This document shows, in pieces, positions 43,090-54,289 of a stretch of 64,000 nt of DNA (within the stretch, counting starts at the first letter, position 1; every line of letters begins with the position of its first letter). The stretch covers positions 122,140,001 through 122,204,000 of the forward strand of contig NC_043000.1 of assembly GCF_006345805.1 (NCBI RefSeq), written 5' to 3'. Source of the DNA: Octopus sinensis (lineage: Eukaryota). Below the pieces are notes generated by a model. It was not told the DNA's origin, searched no databases, and worked only from the letters and a program-made list of their open reading frames with translations. The position numbers and the translations under genes were made by a program.

Positions 43090-43136
<47 letters not shown>

Positions 43137-43317
43137 TGTGTATGTGTGTGTGTTTGTTATTACCTACATCTATTTAACGGATATATTTCGTGTATTTACC
43201 GGTGCTGCAATAGTGTGGTGTAGTACATATACTCTCTAAGAGCCGGTTGTTAAAATACTTCAAAGCCATAGACTTGAGAGGTAACTCACCTTGAATCCCT
43301 TTTGTGAGTGATGGACA

Positions 43318-43486
43318 CTGGGCACTTCGCCGATTTTGTGGTTTTCCAACATCATATATACTTTGATACTTTGATACTTTGATAGGTTTCGGCCATTATT
43401 GGCCCAGGCCATGTCTAACTTAATAGCACCATATATATATATATGTATATGATGTTGGAAAACCACAAAATCGGCGAAATGCCCAG
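43318..43486. repeat. 41-bp inverted repeat pair around an ~87-bp spacer
   Basis: ctgggcacttcgccgattttgtggttttccaacatcatata (43318-43358) vs its reverse complement at 43446-43486, 1 mismatch. Confidence 0.9.
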
Positions 43487-43663
43487 ATAGAGCGTTAGTC
43501 ACTAAACACACTGTTTTCTCTCCTTGTTTTTTCTGTGTCCCTTTCTGTAGAAGAGTGTAGGCTCGAAACAAAAAAGATATTTTCTATTCCTGAGCGTTAT
43601 ACTAATACATCTCTTTGTTTTGTACACCACCTGTCATTGTCTTTTGTATTTTCGTAAACTCTC
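43446..43663 (+). mobile_element. Penelope-type pseudo-LTR fragment with degenerate hammerhead-like motif
   Basis: (TA)n on both sides; cttt-CTGTAGA-A-GAGT-gtag-GCTC-GAAA-CAAA-aaag at 43541-43576; same family as 57827-57971. Confidence 0.6.
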
Positions 43664-44200
43664 CATATATATATATATATATATATATAAACAGTCCGAA
43701 GAAGGACAGCATGCCAAGACATAGGAACACATAATCACTCCTTTTGCAAAATTTAATAAACATATAATAAAAATTATTGAGTAATTCTAAAATACTGAAA
43801 TTCTCTATAAATATAGCTTGACATATAGACAAACATTAATATTTGTCTGAGAGTCTGGGTATTTATTTATATTTATCCAAACATATATTACATAGTCGTA
43901 TATAATATATAAATATATGATGTATTGATGGATCTGTATTCCATATAGACATTTGTTCAAAAGAAATGTCTCGATATATAACTTATTATCAACGACCCAA
44001 GAAGAATATAGCACCATACCAAGAATTTCATACTAATAATCGCTTGGTTAAATGTCTGTAATTATCATTCGCAAGCATCGAATTTATAGATTCCCGGTAT
44101 TTAGCTACCTTCACAGCTCCATTTTACATTCTTATGTCAGGGAGCTTTTCACAAAATCGTTATTATTCTTTTCTTTAAATGAGTAGTACTTCCTCAAGAA

Positions 44201-44407
44201 TTCTATATTCTTTTACTTGTTTCAGTCATTTGAGTGCGGCCATGCTTGAGCACCGCCTTTATAGTCGAGCAAATCGACCCCAGAACTTATTCTTTGAAAG
44301 CCTAGTACTTATTTTATCGGTGTCATTTGCCGAACCGCTAAGTTACTGGGACGAAAGACACCAGCATCGGTTGTCAAGCGATGCTGGGGGGACAAACAGA
44401 CACATAA

Positions 44408-44435
<28 letters not shown>
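44201..44435 (-). mobile_element. 3' half of a composite SINE (split by the PLE insertion)
   Basis: ttttacttgtttcagtcatttgagtgcggccatgcttgagcaccgcc..ccagcatcggttgtcaagcgatg. Confidence 0.9.
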
Positions 44436-44441
<6 letters not shown>

Positions 44442-44442
44442 G

Positions 44443-44514
<72 letters not shown>

Positions 44515-44553
44515 TAGCGAAGGGAAGAAATGGAGCTGAACGAAGATTCTACA

Positions 44554-44664
44554 AAATTCCTTTTTATTATTTTCTACACATGTTTCAAAGGCTGCAAATT
44601 TCCAAATTCGGATTGAATAAGGATAACATTTTGCAGCTTTCTCTTCAGGAAAATCCAGGAATTT
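44554..44664 (-). ncRNA. Type I hammerhead ribozyme (sense to the ORF)
   Basis: Minus strand: helix I AUUUUC/GAAAAU, CUGAAGA, helix II GAAAGCUGCAAA/UUUGCAGCCUUU, GAAA, helix III AC-[AUGU]-GU, cleavage triplet GUA, outer helix AAAUUCCU/AGGAAUUU. Confidence 0.85.
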
Positions 44665-45219
44665 AAATCTCCAAACAAATGCGCAGCAAGCTATTCGAAC
44701 AAAGCGCTCCCTAGGAGTCCATGGTATGGCACAAAACTGTCTCTCAATGTGCGTTGACGTCAGGGTGGGTGAAGGCCGACGAAAAAGTCCGTTGGAATAA
44801 ATCGAGGTCAAATTGCGGTTAAATTTGGTAGGGGAAGAATTACAGAAAACCAAAGGGTGTGAATATATTCTCTATAACTAATGTTAATGAAAGCTATCTT
44901 ATTTGGGTGTGAGAAACTACCTACAGGTATGTGTGTGTGCGCCTATGTATGTGTGGCAGTATGTTAGGAAGCAGCTAGAGGGAACATATATTGCAGATAT
45001 TGCTGGTCAAGCGGCTGATAAAAGCCTGTATCTGTGTGTTCGTCTGTGGCCAGTTTATATACAGATGACTTGTCAAACAAGGGGAGTATAATCCCTGATA
45101 TTGTTTCTAAAATGTAGCAGATCATACGCTAAAAGGGGAGTAATTTCCCCTTACAAATTTAATTCAAAATTTTTTTCCAAATTTTTTCCAAAACTTTTTT
45201 CTTAAATTGTTTTCTTTTG

Positions 45220-46003
45220 TTAGGACATCAAGGTGTTAATTATCTTAGGCTTCAATTGTATGCAAGAAAATGTGTGCCGCCTCCAGTGGGGACATCTAAA
45301 AGAGTTTTGCAAAATCGCGTTAACTAGCTGCCCTCGGGCGAACAAAATGTGAAAAAGTTCAGAGTTGCAGAGATTACAGATTCTTTTGCCTCTATCAAAC
45401 GGTACAGACACCGATAAAATCGACCATTCCAGTCTAAATGCTGAATTCGCGTTCTTCAAACGCCAGATTAATTTACTTAGTCCGGTCGCGTGTTGTTTTC
45501 TAAAATCGCGAAATGTTGTGAAGTGGTTCGATATTCTCACGGCCAATTTTGATGATGACGCTCCGATATACAAGTAGACATCTGATTCAGTATAAACTCT
45601 GCATTGGTAAATGGCATTTTTAATCTTGGAATTACTAGATAAGAACCTTATTCTATTGGGATTGGCTTCCGATATTAATACGGCGTTCTTATTACTATGA
45701 TGATCGTGAGAACTGCGGCTGTCTTCGACATTATACACCCCATTATCAATACTATTTAATGGAATATCACTTGTATATTCCCTGGCACTGAGATCACTGT
45801 GATTGCTAATGTCCGTGATGCTACTATTGTCAAAATCGTTGCTAAAAGTGTTAATGGGACTCTCTACATTAATGACTCGGACAGTGCTCTCATCCCTATT
45901 ACCATTACTAACGTTAGTGTCGTCACCATTGCTCCTATCCTTATTCCTATTATTAACTCCATGGCTGGTATGGAGATTGCTAATCTCTGTGCCGGTTCTA
46001 TTA

Positions 46004-46037
<34 letters not shown>

Positions 46038-46455
46038 TGCGCGTTATTCTGGCATTAGACGGAGCTGCGTCACCGAACGAGGGTAAGAGGGTCTTATTTA
46101 GCAGCTTATTGTTATGGGAGGAAATTATCTGTGAGAGATTTTTAGTGTTGGAGAAGGCTATCCTAACTTCGTGTGAGTTAACAGTGGCGTAATACCTGGA
46201 ATTTCTGGGAAAATTACTGGCAATGGCTTGGCGAAACTGCAGAGGTAGATTAGATCTTATTTGTTTACCAAAGGGAATTACAAACCAAATATATTTATTC
46301 CTGTTTTTGTACTGGGTCGGGGAGTCAACTCTGACATTAAGGTGGGTATTTCTAGGTTGAATAATAGGTTTTGGCTTACTATGGCCTCCCCTGGACCGCA
46401 AATTATTTATGTTACCTAAATTTATTCTAGATGTACTTGTTTCGACATTCCTCAC
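45220..46455 (-). CDS. Penelope-type GIY-YIG endonuclease ORF (post-RT region plus EN; no RT domain)
   Basis: KYIWFVIPF (~IIWFNPPY), NLSQIISSHNNKLLN, AIYQC..YLYIG, VRISNH, ATGLSKLIWRLK, LEWSIL, RICNLCNSE, CPHWRRH; 411 codons with no stop; starts only at GTG, so translation is uncertain. Confidence 0.85.
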
Positions 46456-46759
46456 TACTTAAATTATTTATGTTATTGTAGCCGGCCCTATCCTCATGAC
46501 AGAATGTTGTCTCACACCCAAATAAGATAGCTTTCATTAACATTAGTTATACAGAATATATTCACACCCTTTGGTTTTCTGTAATTCTTCCCCTACCAAA
46601 TTTAACCGCAGTTTGACCTCGATTTATTCCAACGGACTTTTTCGTCGGCCTTCACCCACCCTGACGTCAACGCACATTGAGAGACAGTTTTGTGCCATAC
46701 CATGGACTCCTAGGGAGCGCTTTATTCGAATAGCTTGCTGCGCATTTGTTTGGAGATTT

Positions 46760-46871
46760 AAATTCCTGGATTTTCCTGAAGAGAAAGCTGCAAAATGTTA
46801 TCCTTATTCAATCCGAATTTGGAAATTTGCAGCCTTTGAAACATATGTAGAAAATAATAAAAAAGGAATTT
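46760..46871 (+). ncRNA. Type I hammerhead ribozyme (antisense to the ORF)
   Basis: ATTTTC 46770-75, CTGAAGA 46776-82, helix II 46783-94/46826-37, GAAA 46838-41, C-ATAT-G, GTA with predicted cleavage after 46849, GAAAAT 46850-55, outer helix 46760-67/46864-71. Confidence 0.87.
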
Positions 46872-47102
46872 TGTAGAATCTTCGTTCAGCTCCATTTCTT
46901 CCCTTCACTAAATATATAAACTTCAATTATCTGCACTAAGGCACGGTTGCGACTCCCCATGGTCGTAACCTCAATCGTGCTTTTTCTGTTGTGATTTTTG
47001 CTACCCAGGTATCGGTTAAATTTTGAATAATCCGTAACAAGATAATTCATTTATCCATTTCAATATATATATATATGTATATATATATATACATATACAT
47101 AT

Positions 47103-47269
47103 ATACGACGAGCTTCTTTCAGTTTCTGTTTACCAAATCCACTCACAAGGCTTAGGTCGGCCCGAGGCTATAGTAGAAGGCACTTGCCCAAGGTGTCACC
47201 CAATGGGACTGAACCCGGGACCATGTGGTTGGTATGAAGGCTACTTACCACACAACCACTCCTGCGTCT
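47103..47269 (-). mobile_element. 5' half of a composite SINE (split by the PLE insertion)
   Basis: atacgacgagcttctttcagtttctg..ggcccgaggctatagtagaagg..accacacaaccactcctgcgtct. Confidence 0.9.
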
Positions 47270-48459
47270 TTCATAACATACAAAATAATCCCTGCATTAA
47301 ATGTTCATAATTTAGTATTTACGTTAAAAATATATTTAACAGAAACTGCGGGGATCTTATGCTTATTTTGTGTATATTTTTACACTATATTTTTTCACAA
47401 AGAGTTACTAAACACTTGTCAGACACTATCGTCTATGTGAAACTTTTGTTTTCCTTTGTAGATAATCATATAATTCATATTTGGACAACTACTTCCCACA
47501 GAATCCTTGATGCAAAACAAGATTGCGATAGGCGATAGGCCTAATCAACGAAATAGCATGTGCATTTGTGTGTATAAATACATTATCATTTATAATTTAT
47601 AGATATTGAACCTTCGATGTGTATGATAGTCACTGGCAAAGTAATGCCTGTGCAAGATTTTACTCCCAATAAGGCTTACACGATATTTCATAGGCCCCAT
47701 CCACACTACTGACATAATATAAGAGACAAACCGAGCCGACGTGCCTTGTGTCAATATGAGCCACAGGCTCAAGTATCCGGTATTACAATCAGTTTGACAT
47801 TCTGGTAAAATGATGTGATGCTTAAAATCCACTGATCCTGATACGTAGCCGGAATATTTGAGTATCAATATTATTCCTGGACAGCATTTGAAAACTCACT
47901 GTTTTATCCGTCGCTTTGCTTCTAGTCTTACCGAGATTCTAGCATTCCTCCTCACAATATTTGTCTGTTGCTGGTGCTTGTTTAGTTCCCTACGAATAGA
48001 CATTACAATAGTTTGTACCAGATGCCATATTAGCAGTAGGCCTTGTGGGAGTCCTCACAACTGACATCACACATACACACACACACATATTTATATACAC
48101 ACGAGCACAATTTAAAACAGAGCTACCAATAGTTACATGCTGGTGAGATACAATAATTTGGCTGCTTTATATAACATGTTATATAACTCCATGCAATCTC
48201 TCAGGTCGGTGCATACTCTGATACGCATTTAAAAAACCAGGACGCTGGTCAATGAGAAAACATGGGAAGAAACCGTAAGAGAAACTCGAAGAACGTTGAT
48301 GCAACGACCGGAACGAGAATAAAGAAAAATTATGGTAAGAAAAGCGAGCTGTTCACTGGCTGTCTGCAGAAATCACAATTACTCTAGCTGGTGTAGAATA
48401 ATATACCATGCATACATACATAATACATACACACATACATACATATATGTGTATATATA

Positions 48460-48536
<77 letters not shown>

Positions 48537-49169
48537 GCGCATATGTTTGAATTGTTAAGTGCTTTTACTGTATGTATATGTGTTTGAATGAACACCGTGT
48601 AAATCCAATGTAGTAACAGGCCTGAAACTTAGGTAATCGTTAAAATTCAGCCTGATGAAATAAGTAGCAAGTGAAATAAGTACTGCGGTGATGTGAAGCG
48701 ACAATCTGGAAGGCGATGCTCCATATGGCCGCAGTCCAATAGTCTAAGCATCGAAAGAATAAAAGAATTAAAATGTAAATACAAACAGACACAAAACTGA
48801 GTGTTTGCCTATGAGCATATACATGCATATGTATTATATACATCTGTATGCGTGTATATACGTGTATGAGTGTTTCTGTATGTGTATATATGCGATTGTG
48901 TGTTATAAATATGTTGTTTATCAGTGTGTATACATATATACATACATACATACATATATATATATATGTATATGTATACATGTATATATGTATGTATATA
49001 TATATATATATATTTATATAATATATATATATATATATCATGATATATACGCGTGTGTATGTGTACATATATATAGTATATATATGCATACATACTTACA
49101 TACATATGTAGATACACACACATAATTATATATGTATATATGTGTATATATATATACATATATATATAC

Positions 49170-49200
<31 letters not shown>

Positions 49201-49399
49201 CGTGTGTATGTGTGTGTGTGTGTGTGCGTGTGTGTGTGCGTGCGATAGTGATAGCGATAAAAGAAAATAACATAATATGGCTGTAGATACTTCGACAAAA
49301 ATGAAGAGGGAGAGGGTTGGGGTTGATGATGGCGGTGGAGATGCTGCTGTTATAGCAGTGAAGATAGTGATGATGCTGGCGATGTTGACGTTGGTGGTA

Positions 49400-49640
49400 A
49401 AAGTAAACACAGAACGAACAAAGGAGTCGGAGGGGGGGAATGGCGGGCGGGCGGGTCGGATATACAGAGAGAGAGAACGATAGAGAACGATAGAAAAAAA
49501 GAGAGAAAGTAAACAAATAGGAACGCCAGTGTTCCAGGCCACTAGCAAGAGACATGGCCGCTGTAGCCAACAGCCAAAATCAATAGGAATCGATCGATAG
49601 TTGATCTTAAAAGAAAGCAAACTCGTTAGGCCGGAAGCGA
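49400..49640. promoter_or_regulatory. Candidate cis-regulatory element
   Basis: Locally GC/CpG-richer unique DNA with GTAAACA x2 (49403, 49509), AATCAATA (49578), ATCGATCGAT (49589), CCGGAAG (49631). Confidence 0.25.
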
Positions 49641-49800
49641 GAATTAAAAGCGGCAGCCATTGCTGGGGCTGCGGGGAGAGGTGAAACGAAAACCTGACCA
49701 GCAGTTTGCTTGTTTAATTCTGAATACACAGAGAGAGAAAGGCGTCAAGTTTGCTCATCGCACTTCAACTGAAGTTTCTATTATAACTTTATGCTTGCTT

Positions 49801-49833
<33 letters not shown>

Positions 49834-50069
49834 CACTTAGTATTTGCTTTCTAATGGTTACTTTGTTATTGTTGTTGTGTTATTATTGTTGTAGTATTGG
49901 TTGGTGTTAAGGTTGGTGTTATATTGTTGCTTTTGTTTTTGCGCAATATATTGATGATAATGTTGGTGGTGGGAGATAATATTGATGAGAAACAGGGAGA
50001 TGTCTATATCTTTTTTTCTTATTGCTCATGTGATTTTCAGGTTTTTACTGTATTGGTTCAAGCATAACT

Positions 50070-50080
50070 TGATATATATG

Positions 50081-50135
<55 letters not shown>

Positions 50136-50181
50136 CATATATATATGCATATATATGATATATATTATTATATACATGATA

Positions 50182-50215
<34 letters not shown>

Positions 50216-50288
50216 CTATATATATATGATATTATATATATATATATATTATATATATATATATATATAATATATATATATGATATAT

Positions 50289-50330
<42 letters not shown>

Positions 50331-50427
50331 ATATATATATATATGATATATATATATATGATATATTATATATATATGATATATATATATATATGATATA
50401 TATATATATATAGATATATATATATAT

Positions 50428-50498
<71 letters not shown>

Positions 50499-50510
50499 TA
50501 GATATAGATA
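50070..50510. repeat. (TA)n/(TGATA) compound microsatellite then (AGAT)n
   Basis: Direct reading. Confidence 0.95.
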
Positions 50511-50992
50511 TACACATGGTATTTCTGCACACGCACACAGATATACACAAACGCATAGGCAGACACACTCACGCACGCTCACATCACACACACTCACACA
50601 CACTCACATACGTTCACACACACACACACATGAACTATATTGATACAAAACTGTATTCAGATGATCGAAAAATATAGGAAGTGAATATACACGCTCAAGC
50701 GCACAAAGTAAAAAGAATATAATGTTTATATATATATAGGTGTATCTCTGTATATACGCCAATATAAATATCAATGTAAATATATATATATATCTATATA
50801 TATATATATATATATATACACCACACACACATATATATATGTATATGTGTGAGTGTGTGTATCTGTGTGTGTGTGTGTCTGCATGTATATATGTTTATGT
50901 GTGTGAGCGTGCAAATATATTAAAAACTGATGGTGCATAATTATATATCTATATGTATATATATATGATGTATATCTATATATCTGTCTCTC

Positions 50993-51034
<42 letters not shown>

Positions 51035-51282
51035 TACATGTGTGCTTGTGTGTGCATATGTGCCTGTATACATGTGTGCATGTGTGTGTTTGTGCGCGCG
51101 CACGTATTTATATAAGTATATGCACAATTATTCGAATTCCATATTTATGATTATTAGACCGGGTACCCTATGCAGTAAATTTTCTCAAACCTTACCCGTA
51201 TGCTTATAAATACGTGTATATATATGTATGCATGTAATATGTGTATATATGTATGTATATATCTATGTATGTGTATGTATAC

Positions 51283-51351
<69 letters not shown>

Positions 51352-51749
51352 CATACGTCCGTACGTATATATATATATATACATACATATATATGTATAT
51401 ACGTACGTATATACATATTTGTACTGAAGAGCTATGTGTCTTCCTAGACGTTTGCTGATGATAAATAACTCCCAGCAAAACCTTAAATATATTTAAACGC
51501 ATGTTCAAAAAAATACCACCTGATGCGACCGCCTCAAATCATTGCAAGTAATTTCTTAAGAGAGAATAGACCATCAGAGTATTCACTCTGTTTGCGATGG
51601 GTTTGCGAAAACTCTTCTTCGAGACATGCTAAGAACAAAATTGTAGAGTGAAATTAAATACGTTTGACTTAGCAATGAAAGCAAAATAAATAGTTTTAAC
51701 GTAGCAGTCAGAAAAGTGACTCTAGTTTCATAAACTTGAACCGCAAGAA

Positions 51750-52060
51750 TTTATAACCAATTTAGACTGATGATGATCTACAAGGTGTTCCGCATTCTTG
51801 TTTATATTCCAAACGTGTCTACATCCGGCCAACTTTTGGTTTGATTGCTTCATGTTCCTCTTTCACGTGTCACCAGATTCGGTAAATTTCCTCATCATGT
51901 CGTGGTTTGAGGAAGCTACTTCGAGTGCATGTCAGGTGGTAAACCAGGGCAAATTCGGTAATTCGATTATCGTGCCTGATCTTATATGCTTAATGGTTCC
52001 TGGCGTAACTAGTTAGAAACTGAGATTGACCATCTCATTAGATTCATTTGGGATCCCTGT
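51750..52060 (-). pseudogene. Possible R4/Dong-type (RLE) LINE C-terminal relic
   Basis: Minus strand: PGTIKHIRS (~ETVxHIxSGC), RHDN, HDEEIYRIW (~ENExxKILWD); very decayed. Confidence 0.3.
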
Positions 52061-54289
52061 AGACTGAGGCAATGACATTTTATGCAAGAATCCAGCCATT
52101 GGATGAGTAGTCTGCAAACGCCCGCAGATCAATGATTTTCTCGGATACACCAATGGCAATCATATCACAAGAAGCAGATTCACTGGATTTCTAACTGTGG
52201 TTGGATTCAGTTATAGCTTTAAGTAGGTTTATCAGACGGGAATTCCGATATAAGCTGAGATTTTTGTTTTAATATCCTTTACTTTGATTCTCATATCAGA
52301 GATCAATTATCGAATATATGCTGCCTCCACGTAGATGACCTCATTTTTCTCAACATCCGCACTGAAAGAACTAGCTTTGTAGCTGCCAGAGACCAATGAA
52401 CATACAATCATAAAGAGTCACTGACAATGATAAGAAAATGATAAGGAGTCTTTGATTTTAAACAGTTTACATAAACGTTTTCAAAATAGGCTGTAATATA
52501 AGTTCATCAGAAATCATAATTTTCTATAATTATTTATACAGAAAGAATTTGTATACTGTATTTGATAGGAGTAAGCGTGTATAGCTTTGTCAAAAGCGAA
52601 CATCATGCAAGTAACCCATATTTGAAAAAAAAAATTAAAACTCACACACCCCACCTACAACAAACAAAACAAATCGCAAAACTTCAAGCAAACACCACAC
52701 CAAACTTTGACAATAATAACAGAACTTACAGACAACACATATCTTTACCAAAAGAATCCAGGCACCCTCCAACACAAGACAACCTGACACCGTAGTTCCC
52801 AGCCCACACAGGAGTCATTCCAAAATCGTAGCTCCAACCCAACACATAGGAATTCGATTCAAAACCACGACCGTAGATTTCAACCCACATTAAGGAACCA
52901 AAAGTACATCCATTACGAACACCCCAGACCCGGAAATATCCAAAACGTTTTTAGAAGGCCACACAATAACAGGGGAAATGCCAGTAATGGCAATTATATC
53001 ATGAGAGGCAGATTCTCTGGATTTCTAACTGTAGGTAATACCCCTTGTGTCTTTGGAAAATTTAACAATGAAGGCTTTTACATACAATACGAAAACTTCA
53101 CTCAAGTGGGTTCGTATCATTTCACTTATCTATAGACAACACTTTGAAACAATGATATACAATTTAGATATTATGATTCTTAAGTATCAAGGCACATCAA
53201 CAGATAGATACGGTCAAGTAGACATCAGAGGGACATTAAAGCACATTGTAGACTTGAAGGTCTGGCAGAATACCGTAGATATACAAGTATCAAATCCTAT
53301 TTAAAACCTTAAATCCCACTCACCAGTGGATACCTGGAGTGGCGTAGGAATAGAACAGTAAACCCAATGGCGTTTAAAATTTCCTACAGCTGTTTCGGTA
53401 GATTTTTATTTTATATAGTCGTAAATAATTACATCATAATATAGAATCCAGCTTCACGTAAAATTTTAAACAGGGAAGATTTTAAACTTTCATCCAGATA
53501 GACACCTGTTTTCTAAGTAAGAATTTCAATATAATTTTGGCTTTATGCTTAACATTGAAAACAATTGTTTTTATTTTACCAGCGAACAATTAAAAGATGA
53601 GGAGACCATAGAAGTGTCAACATAAAGCAAGTTATATAACGACAAAAAGTCATAACGACCCGATGTTGGGGTTGCGTATATGACACGATGATATTCTTCA
53701 ACATTCGAGTGTATATCTACCCTTTCGCTGCAAGCCGAAGAAAATTCAAACTAATTGGTGGGCAGTACGCGTATTCCATAGCGCGAGGAATGTTGATTGA
53801 TCTTAGATAAAATCAAACTACAGAAGCATGGATGTGTTCTCTGGTGAAGAAACATATCTATATTTCTTGAAAGATTCAGCCTGGTGAACTAAAGAATATG
53901 AAGAAATACCTGATTATATTGACCAACTTTTGTACCGCGTAATCTATGCACGACTCTCAAGAATTTAATCTTGATTTGAATAACTAAAGTGGGTTTTCCA
54001 CACTTCGGTTTCAACCCACGATCTCAGATCAAATTCTTTGAATGTATATGCATATCAAAGCGCGCCACCTGATAAAAGAAACCCTCTATATTCGTACATT
54101 ATTGAATATTTCATTTTAATTCTCCTTTCATATATGAGGTGCAACATGAAGTAATTCCGTCTGCTCCTGTTTGAAAAGAAAGCAGATAAGTAATCCAAGT
54201 AAACTGGACAGTGCTCGTGTTAGGCATTGGTCCCAAAGTGTATTTGCAATTAAATGCTTTGGTTCACGTACTTATATTTATTCACTGAT

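Larger units (their letters stand above)
44512..46912 (-). mobile_element. Penelope-like retroelement with inverted pseudo-LTRs (5'-truncated/inverted or RT-less)
   Basis: ~403-bp inverted repeats 44512-44914 and 46510-46912 differing at only a handful of positions; GIY-YIG ORF between them; a hammerhead in each repeat; inserted at (TA)n. Confidence 0.9.

Noticed and set aside
44374-44853. ~100-115-aa ORF in each inverted repeat (also 46571-46876)
   Set aside because: TTG start, no recognisable motif, overlaps the ribozyme, and the two copies differ by a frameshift at the end; identity reflects the recent duplication
45365-46192. Plus-strand ORFs overlapping the GIY-YIG ORF
   Set aside because: Antisense shadows of a low-complexity coding frame
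48645-48700. CTGATGA...GAAA motif
   Set aside because: No helix I, II or III can form; it lies in a decayed SINE tail. Other isolated CTGANGA hits (e.g. near 33818 and 51424) fail the same way
48809-49570. 253-aa minus-strand ORF
   Set aside because: Mostly (CA)n/(TA)n-derived H/T/Y/I repeats; the N-terminal part has no recognisable domain
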